Source: Candidatus Latescibacterota bacterium (lineage in GTDB: Bacteria > Latescibacterota > UBA2968 > UBA8231). Taken from it: DNA of 64,000 bases. Shown here in pieces: positions 1 to 10,247 of this stretch. The notes under the pieces are model-generated. The model was given only the letters and a program-made list of their open reading frames with translations, searched no databases and was not told the origin of the DNA. Position 1 is the first letter of the stretch. Every line of letters starts with the position of its first letter. Where the stretch lies: assembly GCA_965206595.1 (NCBI GenBank), contig OZ242214.1, positions 544,001 to 608,000 on the forward strand, in the 5' to 3' direction. The translations under genes were made by a program, and so were the position numbers.

Positions 1-1052
1 TCGAGCCATTGCCCTTTCAGGGCGCCGATCCCCGCGGCAACCCGCCGTTTCCGCTCTTCCCGCCCCGTCTCCCCGATCCGCGTTTTCACCTCGTCGACGA
101 GGGCGGCCAGGGTCAGCCGGGCATCTCCGATCAGACCGACGGCGGCCGCTTCGTCCTTGTTGATGTCGTCCGGGTTGTTGCTGTTCTGGATGATGACGGT
201 TTCCGGCCGGATCTCGTGAGAGTAGGGGGACCGGCTCAGGCTGGCGCCGACGGCCAGCAGCAGGTCGCATTCGAGGATCGAGGTGCGGGCGGCAAGGTTC
301 ATCGCCCGGCTGCCGGCGCCCAGCGACAGGGGATGCCGTTCGTCGAAACCGGATTTGCCCGCCAGGGTGCAGAACACCGGGATGCCGGTCAGCTCCGCCA
401 GCTCCTTCAGTTCACCGGAAGCGCCGGAGAAGAGGACGCCGGCACCCGCCCATATCAGGGGTTTCTCCGCTTCCAGCAGCAGCTTTGCGGCATCCTTCAC
501 GTCGCCGTTCGCAGGCGCCTGAAGGGACATCCTGGGAGCGCGGTAGTCCCGGGCGTCCGGGGGAACCTCGCGTCCGCAGACGTCCTCGGTCATCTCGACC
601 GCCACCGGTCCGGAGGGGCCGTTGCGCAAGGCGTGAAAGGCGCGCCGCATGACCGCGGAGATCTGCTCCGGCGCGTACACCGCTTCGACCCGCCTGGTAA
701 GGCCCTGGTACTGCCGGACCGCGGAAAAGTTCGGCCGCACCCCGATGCGGTCGAGGTCGGGGCCCTGCGGCAGCAGCAGTATCGGAACGTTGTCGGCGAA
801 CGACTGGGCCAGTCCCCCCATGGAGTTCTCGGCGCCCGGCTGCGACTGGACCGCGACGACACCGAAGCGCCGCCGGTCGCTGGTGCGGCTGTACCCGTCC
901 GCGGCCATGACGGCGCCGCGTTCGTGGCGGAACATGACGGGCCGGATGCCTTCCCGGGCGGCCGCTTCGATCAGCGGATTGGAAGGAAAGCAGGCAAGCC
1001 ACTCGACTCCCTCGGTCTTCAGTATCCGGGCGATGAGCTCGGTGCCGTTCAT
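1..1052 (-). CDS. Thiamine pyrophosphate-binding enzyme (acetolactate synthase-like), 3' end beyond window
   Basis: Manual translation from ATG at 1052 gives MNGTELIARILKTEGVEWLACFPSNPLIEAAAREGIRPVMFRHERGAVMAADGYSR, a TPP-enzyme N-terminal motif. Missing from the ORF track because it runs off the window edge. Confidence 0.85.
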   Translation of the reverse strand, partial: MNGTELIARILKTEGVEWLACFPSNPLIEAAAREGIRPVMFRHERGAVMAADGYSRTSDRRRFGVVAVQSQPGAENSMGGLAQSFADNVPILLLPQGPDLDRIGVRPNFSAVRQYQGLTRRVEAVYAPEQISAVMRRAFHALRNGPSGPVAVEMTEDVCGREVPPDARDYRAPRMSLQAPANGDVKDAAKLLLEAEKPLIWAGAGVLFSGASGELKELAELTGIPVFCTLAGKSGFDERHPLSLGAGSRAMNLAARTSILECDLLLAVGASLSRSPYSHEIRPETVIIQNSNNPDDINKDEAAAVGLIGDARLTLAALVDEVKTRIGETGREERKRRVAAGIGALKGQWL

Positions 1053-1354
1053 TTGATTTGTCCGCCAGCCTGTCAGAGGTGTGATCGAAACGATTTCCGC
1101 TCCGGGGATGGTGCCGGGCCAGGAAGATGGTGCCAAAGGGCAGGGTTCGCTACGCCGGAATCAGGGGCTCGCATCGGTTGGGCCGCAACGAATGCGGATG
1201 GCAGTCTGGTCGAAGGCGAACGGGGCGGGTGCCTCTCCGGCTCCGGTCCGGGAGGGGGCAGCCCGGGTGGTTGCGGTGCGTTGTCCGGCTCGAGTACGTA
1301 CTCAGCGAACGGGTGCGCACGCCCCCGGGCGATGGCTTTCGCATGGTGGAAATG

Positions 1355-1809
1355 GCTTGAGATTTCCGGAGATCTTCCGGGCCGCCGCGCGGAAGGGGGC
1401 AGAGCTGTTCTTCCTGCCGAACGGAGGCAGTGGCTACGGGGAACTGGTCGGCGACGACGGCGACCAGACAGAGCAGGTAAAGGCGCACGTGGAGGAGGTC
1501 ATGTACCTGCTTCAGGCCCGGGCGGTCGACAACGGTTTGTACGTGTTCTTCGCCAACCAGGCCGGCCTGAGCGGCCGCTCGGGGTTTCCGGGTTATTGCC
1601 TTGCGGTGGATCCGAGCGGCCGCCTGCTGGGGGCGCACACCACCGGCGGCGAAGGGATGATCGTTGTCGAGGTTTCGAAGCGGGCGGTCGAGGAGGCGAA
1701 GAAAAACCCCAGATGTACGGTCGGCGAGATTCGTCTGGACGTGTACGAGAATCCGACGATCGTGAGAGGGTTAACAGAGAAGAAGAAAACTTTCAGGAAC
1801 AAAGAGTAA
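1355..1809 (+). pseudogene. C-terminal half of a carbon-nitrogen hydrolase (nitrilase superfamily)
   Basis: LRFPEIFRAAARKGAELFFLP...ARAVDNGLYVFFANQAG...AVDPSG...EGMIVVEV matches the CN-hydrolase C-terminal half. The upstream part of ORF 1081..1809 has no recognisable catalytic E/K/C motifs. Confidence 0.6.
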
Positions 1810-1876
1810 GCCACCGGAGTCAGCCCGCTAAAAAGGGGGACCTTCTAACCGGGGGGGCTTTCAGGGTTTTTCGTCC

Positions 1877-3043
1877 TTATTGATCGCGGTTTTTCCATCC
1901 GGGTGGATCGGAGTTGTTTTTACAGAAGAAAAGTTGAACGTGTCCGCAATTGTTGCAGGTGAATATTTTGAACGATTTTCCAGACGTTGGTCTCAATCCA
2001 AAATTGTACATTCCATCATGATCTTTGTCCACATCAAATTGATATCTACCGAAACCACAAACTCTACAGGGACGGTCGAAATCCCCGATTGGACCACCGC
2101 CAATCCTTATGGCACCGAGAAGGCTATCAATTTTTTCAAGTAACAGCCCTGCGTTATAAAGACAGTCCGCTTCATTTTCCACAATGCACTTGTCAAGCAA
2201 GTCATTGAGAAGTGCCATTTCAGCTCTATCCGGGAACTTCTTCTCAAGATCGTTTTCGGAACGACGGTGATACCAAAGGGGAAGGATCGGGGTGTTTGAT
2301 ACCATTGACCAAATAGTCTTACCCAATGAAAAGACATCGAAACTTGGCCTTACATCCTCTAATCGCATACGGGTAGCCCATAGTGGCATCCAGTCAGAAC
2401 TGCCTGCGTTTTCGAAGGTGTCGGTGAGTCGCGTGAGCTCTCCGTCCATGAACAACACAAGGCCAAAGTCTCCCAGGATTAGCTGATTTTTTTCACTTAG
2501 GAAAATGTTATCTGGTTTGATGTCGCGGTGGACAAGATTATTTCCGTGCAAAGTTGCGACCCCTTCAACGAGTGGCCGAACTGCATTCAGGGAATTTCCC
2601 ACTTGACCGGTGAAATCTCCTGATCTGCATTTCAAGGTCCCATTTGGATAATATTTCGAAACAAACCATTTCTCTTCAATATCGTGATCTAGAACCTTCA
2701 GGAGATTAGGATGGTCGGCTTGGGCCATAGCTTCTATTTCTCGATTCAGCCGCGTTTCTGCGTCTTCGAAATTCCGGGCTTCATTCGGGGCGTTAAGGAT
2801 TTTCAGGGCACCATGGTTCATGGGATTTTCCGCTTGAAAAATGCGGACAATTTCTTTCCGGATCTGGTTCAGGATTTTTGGTTTTTCCTCCCTAGGGAGT
2901 CCCACAGTCCCAAGCCTACTAATGGCATCTGTTAGAGCATATAGATCCAGTTTGACTGACCGCCTGTCCAAGACTCGGATGACCTTACCTTGTCCACCTT
3001 CTCCAATGGGTTCGATCTCTTCCCAACGGCTTTGGTACTTCAT
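1877..3043 (-). CDS. Hanks-type Ser/Thr protein kinase with C-terminal Zn ribbon
   Basis: Motifs GEGGQG, ALKIL, REIEAM, HRDIKPDN, DFG and DVFSLG; C-terminal CRVC...CNNC; visibly AT-richer than its flanks. Confidence 0.9.
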   Translation of the reverse strand: MKYQSRWEEIEPIGEGGQGKVIRVLDRRSVKLDLYALTDAISRLGTVGLPREEKPKILNQIRKEIVRIFQAENPMNHGALKILNAPNEARNFEDAETRLNREIEAMAQADHPNLLKVLDHDIEEKWFVSKYYPNGTLKCRSGDFTGQVGNSLNAVRPLVEGVATLHGNNLVHRDIKPDNIFLSEKNQLILGDFGLVLFMDGELTRLTDTFENAGSSDWMPLWATRMRLEDVRPSFDVFSLGKTIWSMVSNTPILPLWYHRRSENDLEKKFPDRAEMALLNDLLDKCIVENEADCLYNAGLLLEKIDSLLGAIRIGGGPIGDFDRPCRVCGFGRYQFDVDKDHDGMYNFGLRPTSGKSFKIFTCNNCGHVQLFFCKNNSDPPGWKNRDQ

Positions 3044-3308
3044 TTTCTAATCTCCAAGTGGGTAGAACAACCGGCGAGCTTTATGAATGCAGGAATTAAT
3101 CGGAACAGGAAAACCTGAACCGATGGTTGGCGCAAATGAAAACCATGGACCCGTACCGAACAAGCCACTCAGGAGCTGCCGAAAAGACAGATGTCGTTTC
3201 TGTGAGGGGTATGTGGACGTTGCTTACGTCCGCATCGCATCAGTCAAACATCCGGCTGACTGAGACGATGGCCGCCGTTTGGCCGACACCCCTACCTCCG
3301 TTTCACTA

Positions 3309-4388
3309 TCACCCCGTAAGCCTGCTCACCATCTCATCGTCGAGCTCCACCCCGAGACCCGGCCCGTCCGGCACCGCGATGTACCCGTCGACCACCTCCA
3401 GCGGTTCTTTGAGGATCGGCCATTCATCCCTTATCGAAATCGGTTCGATGTTGTATTCCTGCGAGTAGGGAACCATCGGGCTCGCCGCGCAGAAATGCAG
3501 GTGGGCCACCGTGCTGAGTATCGGCTGGGTATTGTGAACGGTGATCGGAATGCCGAACGCCGACGCCAGCGCCTCGATCTTCATGAACTCCGTGAACCCC
3601 GGAACCTTGACGATGTCCGGCTGAATTATATCCACCCTTCCCCTGGTGATGAGGTCGCGGTACTGGTGGTGGGTGTAGATCATCTCCCCCGAGGCTATCG
3701 GGATCGTCAGCGCGTCGGCGATCCGCGCCAGCCCCTCGAGATCGTGCGCCGGCCGCGGCTCTTCGAAGTGGAACACCCCGAGGTCCTCCAGGGCAGCGCC
3801 GATGTAAATGGACTGGTGCACGGAGTACGCCCCGTTCACGTCGACCAGGATGTCGATGTCGTCCCCGACAGCGGCTCGCACCTCGGTCACCGTCTCGATG
3901 GTCTCGTCCGCAGGGTCGTCGATTTCACCGGGAACGGCGCTGTGCAGCTTGTACCCGCTGTACCCCTGTTCCACGAACGAGGCCGCCCGCCGGCCCTCCT
4001 CCAGGGGAGTCAGGTCGCGCCGCATCGAGCTCGCGTAGACCTTCACCTTGTCCCGGATCCTGCCGCCCAGCAGCTTGTGGATCGGAACCCCCAACGCCTT
4101 CCCCTTGATGTCCCACAGGGCGATGTCCAGGCCGGCGATGGCGCAGAACACCGCACCGCCCATCTCTTCGGCCGAACCCGCCTCCATCATGTCGCGGAAC
4201 CGCGGGCCGGTATCCAGGGGATCCCTGCCGGCTATGGCCGGGGCAAGATGCTCCTCGATGAGGGCCTTGGTCACCCCCGGCTGCCGCCGGAAACACTCGC
4301 CGATTCCCGTGATCCCCTCATCCGTATGGACCCACACGAACGGGAAATCCCCGTCCAGTATCAGGCACTCCACCGAGACGATCTTCAT
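3309..4388 (-). CDS. Mandelate racemase/muconate lactonizing enzyme family (enolase superfamily)
   Basis: TDEGITGIGE, AIAGLDIALWDIKGKALGVP, metal ligands in DVNG / FEEP / SGE, and PDGPGLGVELD. Confidence 0.92.
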   Translation of the reverse strand: MKIVSVECLILDGDFPFVWVHTDEGITGIGECFRRQPGVTKALIEEHLAPAIAGRDPLDTGPRFRDMMEAGSAEEMGGAVFCAIAGLDIALWDIKGKALGVPIHKLLGGRIRDKVKVYASSMRRDLTPLEEGRRAASFVEQGYSGYKLHSAVPGEIDDPADETIETVTEVRAAVGDDIDILVDVNGAYSVHQSIYIGAALEDLGVFHFEEPRPAHDLEGLARIADALTIPIASGEMIYTHHQYRDLITRGRVDIIQPDIVKVPGFTEFMKIEALASAFGIPITVHNTQPILSTVAHLHFCAASPMVPYSQEYNIEPISIRDEWPILKEPLEVVDGYIAVPDGPGLGVELDDEMVSRLTG

Positions 4389-4496
4389 AAGCTGAAACCT
4401 CCAGGCTGCCGGTTTGTCCGCGCTGGCTTGGACCTCAAAAATTCCGCGCCGCCCGGCGCCGCTCCATTCCGTGTACCGGAAACCACTCCCGTAATC

Positions 4497-5651
4497 TCAG
4501 GCACCGGGGGCCTTCCATGAGAACGCCGGCTGCAGGTGCCGGTAGGGATGGCGGTTGTAGCTCGCCCGGGGTTCCCGGCCTTTCCACTTCCAGGCGATGA
4601 AATCGAGCAGGACCTCCCAGTCCTCGAGGGCGTGCGAATGGCCGCCCTTCCGGAGGTGGAAGGCAATGTCGTCCGGCACCCCGAGGAAACGGTAGATCTC
4701 TCCGGCTGCCCACGCGGACTGCACCATCCCCTCCGGGTTCGACCAGCGGTCGTCCAGGGCGAAGGTCAGCAACAGCGGCCGGGGTGCGACCGCGGCCAGG
4801 AGGCAGTGCTGGTCGAAGGGGATCTCCTTTTCCCGGCCGAGAAAGGGCCTCAGGCCGGGGCCGAACCAGGATGGGAAGGCGTTGATGATGTCGAGGGTTT
4901 CCCCGCCGTCCCCGACGTACCGGAAAGGGGGGCTGCCCGCTGCGCAGGAGGCGTTGTCGTTGACCAGGGCGATCCGGTCGTCGCTTGCTCCCGCCACCAG
5001 GGCGGCCTTCCCGCCCCGGGAGTGCCCGGTGACGGCGATGCGATCCGGGTCGATGAAGGGAAGACCCTGCAAGAGATCCACGCAGCGGTGATATCCCCAG
5101 GCCCAGGCCGCCAGGGCACCGAACTCCCGGCCGGGGTACAGATCGTAGAGCCCGCCGCTCCGCCTGGTCTTGTCAGCAACCCCCCTGTAGCCGAGGTCCT
5201 CGGCCATCTCCGTCCGGTTGAACATGACCAGGGCACAGCCGCCCTCCACCACCCGTCCGGCAACGTCGTCCGATACATACCACCAGCACCCGTCCCCGTC
5301 GACGATTGCCGGGCACGGCTCCCCTTCTCCCGGAAAGAGGATGCGCACGTTGAAGCTGAAGGGGCGTTCGCCGCCCCGGCAGTGGACGCGGAACGACCAG
5401 AGGTTCGGACTGCCGGGCAATCGCCGGGCCTGGCTGTGGCAGAGCGTCTCCACCTCGATCCCGTCCGGAGGGGGCGGCAGGCCTCCGTATTCCATCTCGA
5501 CGACCATGTCCCTCCAGGCGCGCGAACAGGCCGGCCATTCTTCTTTCGATGCTATCCTCTTGCCGCCCGGTGCAACGAACGGGTCGGGCAGTTCCCCCTT
5601 GTTCACGACTGGCTCGGTTGGATAGCTGGCTTCGGAGTTCTGTTTCGTCAT
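4497..5651 (-). CDS. Glucuronoyl esterase-like alpha/beta hydrolase (CE15-like)
   Basis: GALAAWAWG, nucleophile motif GHSRGGK, and PFDQH.LLAAVAPRP; start placed at MTKQ. Confidence 0.85.
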   Translation of the reverse strand: MTKQNSEASYPTEPVVNKGELPDPFVAPGGKRIASKEEWPACSRAWRDMVVEMEYGGLPPPPDGIEVETLCHSQARRLPGSPNLWSFRVHCRGGERPFSFNVRILFPGEGEPCPAIVDGDGCWWYVSDDVAGRVVEGGCALVMFNRTEMAEDLGYRGVADKTRRSGGLYDLYPGREFGALAAWAWGYHRCVDLLQGLPFIDPDRIAVTGHSRGGKAALVAGASDDRIALVNDNASCAAGSPPFRYVGDGGETLDIINAFPSWFGPGLRPFLGREKEIPFDQHCLLAAVAPRPLLLTFALDDRWSNPEGMVQSAWAAGEIYRFLGVPDDIAFHLRKGGHSHALEDWEVLLDFIAWKWKGREPRASYNRHPYRHLQPAFSWKAPGA

Positions 5652-6226
5652 CGCGTTCCCCCGGTCATTGCTGCAGGATTGGTCAACGGACCACCGATAT
5701 CTCCGTTGCAAAATGCGGCCTGAGTCGCGAATTGCAACGCAGGCGCGGGGTTTCTTCTCCCGTATCTATCTATAAACAACCAGTTACCGATACCCCCTGC
5801 AGGGGGTATGGAGGCACTGGAGCGGTTCGAGGCCGCATTCTGCAGCATTTCGAGACCGATCGGCCGGCTTTCCAATATTCCCTAACCTCCGCATTTACAG
5901 CAAGTTGGCCGATTGATGAAAAGGAGGCACCGATCTTGCTCCATTTCGGGGATTCCAGAATTGCAGGATGGGGATGCAGCCGTTCAGGTAGGAGTGCTAG
6001 GGCGATGATCCGGACCGCGCTCGCCATCATCGCTCGGGCAGGTCCGAAGCGGCAGTGTAGCTATGTCAACGGATTCTGCGGCAGAGGGGAAGGGTGGATG
6101 GTGATGGGTATCGGCGAGACGGAAAGCCCCCCTGTCTCAAGTGCCTTCCATGTTTTTTGAGGGTACGCTCGAGTTTAAATTGTGCATTAAATATTGGCCG
6201 GGCTTTAGGTGGCAGTTTTTTTCCGA

Positions 6227-7737
6227 TCACTCCGTCGGCAACCGTGAGCGACTGTCGATTGCATTCATCAAGCACTGACAAATCCCCTCGACTGTTTGGT
6301 CCACTTCAGCCTTTCCGAAATCGAGTTTCGAAAAAGGGATTTGGCCCCCTGGCGCCGTGAGAGGATCTCCGTCGATTGCTACCTCAAACGAGAATCCTTC
6401 GCCTCCCAGTTTCCACCCAACAGACAGGATCAAACCAAAGTTACTGCCACCTCCTCCTGTGTAATCATCGAATTTGTATTCCTCCCTCAGCTCGATTTGT
6501 CGTTCATCCCCAAGCTTGAACCCCCGCTTCACGAAATGTTCCTGCTTCGTGCGTTCCCAGTTGGTCGAAACGAATTGCCCACCACCGATTACCTGATGTT
6601 GTCCAATGTATGAGATGCAAAAGGATCTGCGAAATAGTTCCTGCAAGTGAACAAGCGCACTCTCCAACTTATCCAGCGTAGGCCGAAGGTGCATAAGAAA
6701 GACATGATCGAGGATTTCGAGATCGGATTCGTTGGGCTCAGGTCCCCTTATATTGCGCACGAAAAGTTCCATCTCTTTGGCGGTATCGTCGGGGTCCTGG
6801 ATCGATTCTCCTTTCGCAGCCCGAATTCCCAGATCAATTGACCATGAAGCATTTTCCAGCATGAACTCGGTCAGTGGCAAGATGCGACCAACATCGGCGT
6901 TCTGGAGCGCGCTGATGTAGCGGTCCCGATCGTCGCTCTTGATCACGATAGGGAGCAGGTTTTTCCGGAGCAATGCGTAGTTTGCGAGAAGCCGCGCGGT
7001 GCGACCGTTCCCATCGTCGAACGGATGGATGCACAAGAAACGCCAGTGAGTTTCGGCCAGAAACAACGGCAGAGGATAGGCATTCCGCTCCAGATCACGT
7101 CGAAAATTCCGGGTCCACTCCTCCATTGACCGGGGTGTTTCCTCGGGCTCGGCGTACCGGTGCAGCTCCCCAGTAGTGGTCCGCACGTGATTCGGCTGTA
7201 TTTGCCTGGAACAATTCGCTTCCGGGTTGGTTGGCCATCCGGCGTTTCAGCGGGTCTCCAGAATGGCTCCTTGAGGAGGATTTCGTTCAGCTGCCTTATA
7301 TCGCTTTCCCCGATGATCTGTTCCTCACCTGCAAGGGATCGCGTATAGTCGATCGCAACATTGTGCGCCTTCATCTCCTCGTAATCCCGCATCGGATGCC
7401 CACCCGCCGTACGGCCGTGGATTAGCAGCAATTCCGTTTCGTGGTAGGTCAGCGTGTTCCCCTCGATATGGTTGCTGTTGTAGTTCCATTCGAGTCTGAG
7501 TTTCCTCCAGAGTCGTTCGTAGTCAGAGATCTTGATCCCTTCGCGCAGCTCCCGCCATTCCGCTATCTCCGCCTCCAGTTTTACAAAACGTTCAAAGAGG
7601 CGAACGTGATCACCGGTGAGGTCTGGGATGTCGATACCTAGTGAGCGAGATTCAGCGATCCAGCGGTCCATTCTTTCTCTGACCTCGGCCTCGGTTTCGA
7701 GGGCAAAATGGTCATCCGATTTTTCGGTGTTTTTCAT
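6227..7737 (-). pseudogene. Fic-family protein with C-terminal extension, frameshifted near 7195
   Basis: N-terminal part WNYNSNHIEGNTLT...PGKY is in ORF 6943..7854. It continues in another frame as PNHVRT...HPFDDGNGRTAR (canonical Fic motif) in ORF 6227..7186. Confidence 0.85.
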
Positions 7738-8516
7738 TTTCGATCCCTTCAAATAACAATCCAGCCCGGCTGCGACTTCCGCAATCCCACCTCCAGTCTG
7801 AAATCTCCTGGGGCACCGGGCGATTCCTCCCCATTTCTCCGGCCGCAGGACCACATTGCCGGGAGTATCAAGGAAAATAGGTTATCCATTTTGGCCCTCA
7901 ATCCATTGGGTGAATGCACGCAGGACCGACAAGGTCCCTGAAGGACCTACCCACGGTCCTATCGGCAGTGTTTTCAGTATAGCCCCGGAGGCTGCCTCGT
8001 ATCCGATCCGATCCCGGGTCAGGCGGGACACGGGGGCCTTCAGGGCGCAGAAACCTGTGCTGCTCGTGCGTAGGGGGGCTGTCGACAGGCCAGGTCCCGC
8101 CAATTCGGGCTGCATTGGAGGGGGTCACCGCCTACGGCTTCCCGGCATCCTAACCACCAGATTGCCTCGGTTGAGTCCGGGTTCGGAAGGTCGGCAAGGA
8201 TCCTCAGCCGCCCACCGGACCGCGCATGGGCTGACCACGGCGGAAATTATTGCGGGAGGAGGATCCCCCACCGCAACCGACGACTCCATCCCGCTGATAC
8301 CCCCCGCAGGTGACAATTTGGCTTTTCCGCCGGCCTTCGGGGGCCCACTTTATCGGCGCTGTTCCGGCAACTTCAGGTACACCATCTGCACGATGCCAAC
8401 CGGAGAGACAGACGCCACCGTGCTCTGGGAGAGCCAGCGCGACCCCTTCGACGCTGCCGGTGCGCACCGTCTTCGGCGCTACCCCATGGCATTCCAACCG
8501 GCAAAAGACCGATCTG

Positions 8517-10247
8517 ATGCGCTCTCCAGATTCCGCCGGCACCCGCGATCGGCGCATGCTCATCGTCAGCATCCATGACGTGGCACCCCCGTTTGCATCC
8601 GGTGTGCGGCAGCTGCTCGAGGAGCTGGACCGCCGCTCCATCCGGCCGCGGGTGCTGAAGGTCGTACCCGACTATGCGGGCAAGTGGCCGCTTTCCCAGG
8701 ATGCCGAACTGTGCCGGCTCCTGCGGTCGGAGGCGGCCGCAGGCAGCGAGATCGTCGCCCACGGCTGGACTCACCGGACTCAGGGCCGGATGCGGGGATC
8801 GCTGACCGCCCGTTGGATCGGCTCCTGGTTCGCTCCCGGGGCGGCCGAGTTCCTCACCCTTCCCGAAGCCGCGGCCCGCGAAGCTGCCTGCCGCGCCCGC
8901 CGCGCCCTCGCCGACGCGCTGGGGGTGGAGCCGCAGGGATTCTGCGCCCCGGCCTGGCTGATCGACAGCGAAGGACGGTCCGCGGTCGCTGCCGCTGGGT
9001 ACCGCTATCTGCTCGAGCAGACGGCGGTTCGCGACCTTCGCACCGGGGAGGCAATCGCCGCTCCCTGGCAGGGCTTCATGGGGGTTGGAGGTTTCCACGA
9101 ATGGCTGGTGCAGCGAGGGAACGGGGCCGTTGCGGCCGGCGCCTTTTTCACCCGCGGCGGCTTCTCCCGCTGCCCGGTGGTCAAGGTCTTCCTCCATCCC
9201 CAGCGCCTGCAGGATAACCCGGCCCTGGAGCGGGTGCTTGACCGCCTCGCCGAGCTTGCCGCCGAGCGGGAGCTGGTGACGGCGGGCAAGCTCTTCTCAA
9301 TAGCCTACGGCCAGGAGCACTCCCTCCCCCGGACGCGGCGGGACCCGCTGCCGCTTGTCTCGGTGGTCATCCCGGCGCTGAACGAGCAGGCCTGCATCGC
9401 GCGAGCCATCGAATCGGTAGGCCGGCAACAGTATCCTGCGGACCGGCTCGAATGCGTCGTGGTGGACAACGACTCCCGCGACGCCACGGCCGACGTCGTG
9501 TCCGGTCTTGCCCGCAGCTGGGAGGCCGCGCCCGGCCGAACGCCTCGCCTGAGCCTGGTCCACGAACCGCAGCGCGGCGCCGCAAGGGCCAAGAACCGGG
9601 GAGCTGAGCAGGCGCGGGGCGATGTCCTGGTTTTCCTGGATGCGGATTCCACGCTCGGACCCGCAGTTGCCCGGGACGTTGCCGACGCCTGGCGCAGCGG
9701 CGCCCGCGGGGGCAGCATTCCGGTGCAGGCCGAGTCCGACGATTTCTGGGAGCGGGGGTTCTTCACCGCGATGGAGCTCGGCAAACGGGTCTTCGGGATC
9801 CATTGCCAGATGTTCTACCTGGACCGCCGGCTGTTCCACCAGCTCGGCGGCTTTCGGCACGAACTGCGCCTCGCCGAGGACCTGGAGCTGATGCGCCGGG
9901 CGGGAGCATCGCTGGGCACCGGAAACGGCCGCTTGCAGCGCACAGGGCGGTCCGGCTTCCGGGGCCGGACCCTCGACGGATCCTGCATTCGCACCTCGCC
10001 GCGACGGATGCGCGCGATGCCGTGGCGTGTCGGAATGATCTGGATGCTCGTGCGCTGGACCCTGGGCTTTATCGGAATCGGGCGCCGGCGGTACGTAGCC
10101 GGGGGGCCGGCGCCGGGTGTCCGGCCGATGGCTGTCCGGTGGGCCCGCAGGTTGGCCGAGGGGGGCCTGGGACTGGTGCTCTTCAGTGCCGGATCGCACC
10201 AACCGGGTAGGCCCGCCGGCCTGCTCCGGCTGTATTTCCAGCCATGA
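8517..10247 (+). CDS. Polysaccharide deacetylase-like (DUF2334) domain fused to a GT2 glycosyltransferase
   Basis: N-terminus: VSIHDV, HGWTH, GFCAPAW, FLHP. C-terminus: VSVVIPALNE, VVDNDSRD, FLDADS, EDLEL, TSPRR. Start position uncertain. Confidence 0.8.
   Translation: MRSPDSAGTRDRRMLIVSIHDVAPPFASGVRQLLEELDRRSIRPRVLKVVPDYAGKWPLSQDAELCRLLRSEAAAGSEIVAHGWTHRTQGRMRGSLTARWIGSWFAPGAAEFLTLPEAAAREAACRARRALADALGVEPQGFCAPAWLIDSEGRSAVAAAGYRYLLEQTAVRDLRTGEAIAAPWQGFMGVGGFHEWLVQRGNGAVAAGAFFTRGGFSRCPVVKVFLHPQRLQDNPALERVLDRLAELAAERELVTAGKLFSIAYGQEHSLPRTRRDPLPLVSVVIPALNEQACIARAIESVGRQQYPADRLECVVVDNDSRDATADVVSGLARSWEAAPGRTPRLSLVHEPQRGAARAKNRGAEQARGDVLVFLDADSTLGPAVARDVADAWRSGARGGSIPVQAESDDFWERGFFTAMELGKRVFGIHCQMFYLDRRLFHQLGGFRHELRLAEDLELMRRAGASLGTGNGRLQRTGRSGFRGRTLDGSCIRTSPRRMRAMPWRVGMIWMLVRWTLGFIGIGRRRYVAGGPAPGVRPMAVRWARRLAEGGLGLVLFSAGSHQPGRPAGLLRLYFQP

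Noticed and set aside
9-1883. 624-aa plus-strand ORF
   Set aside because: Antisense shadow of the TPP-enzyme gene plus off-frame sequence; no recognisable motifs.
5712-6226. Short ORFs between the esterase and Fic genes
   Set aside because: No recognisable motifs or consistent reading frame.
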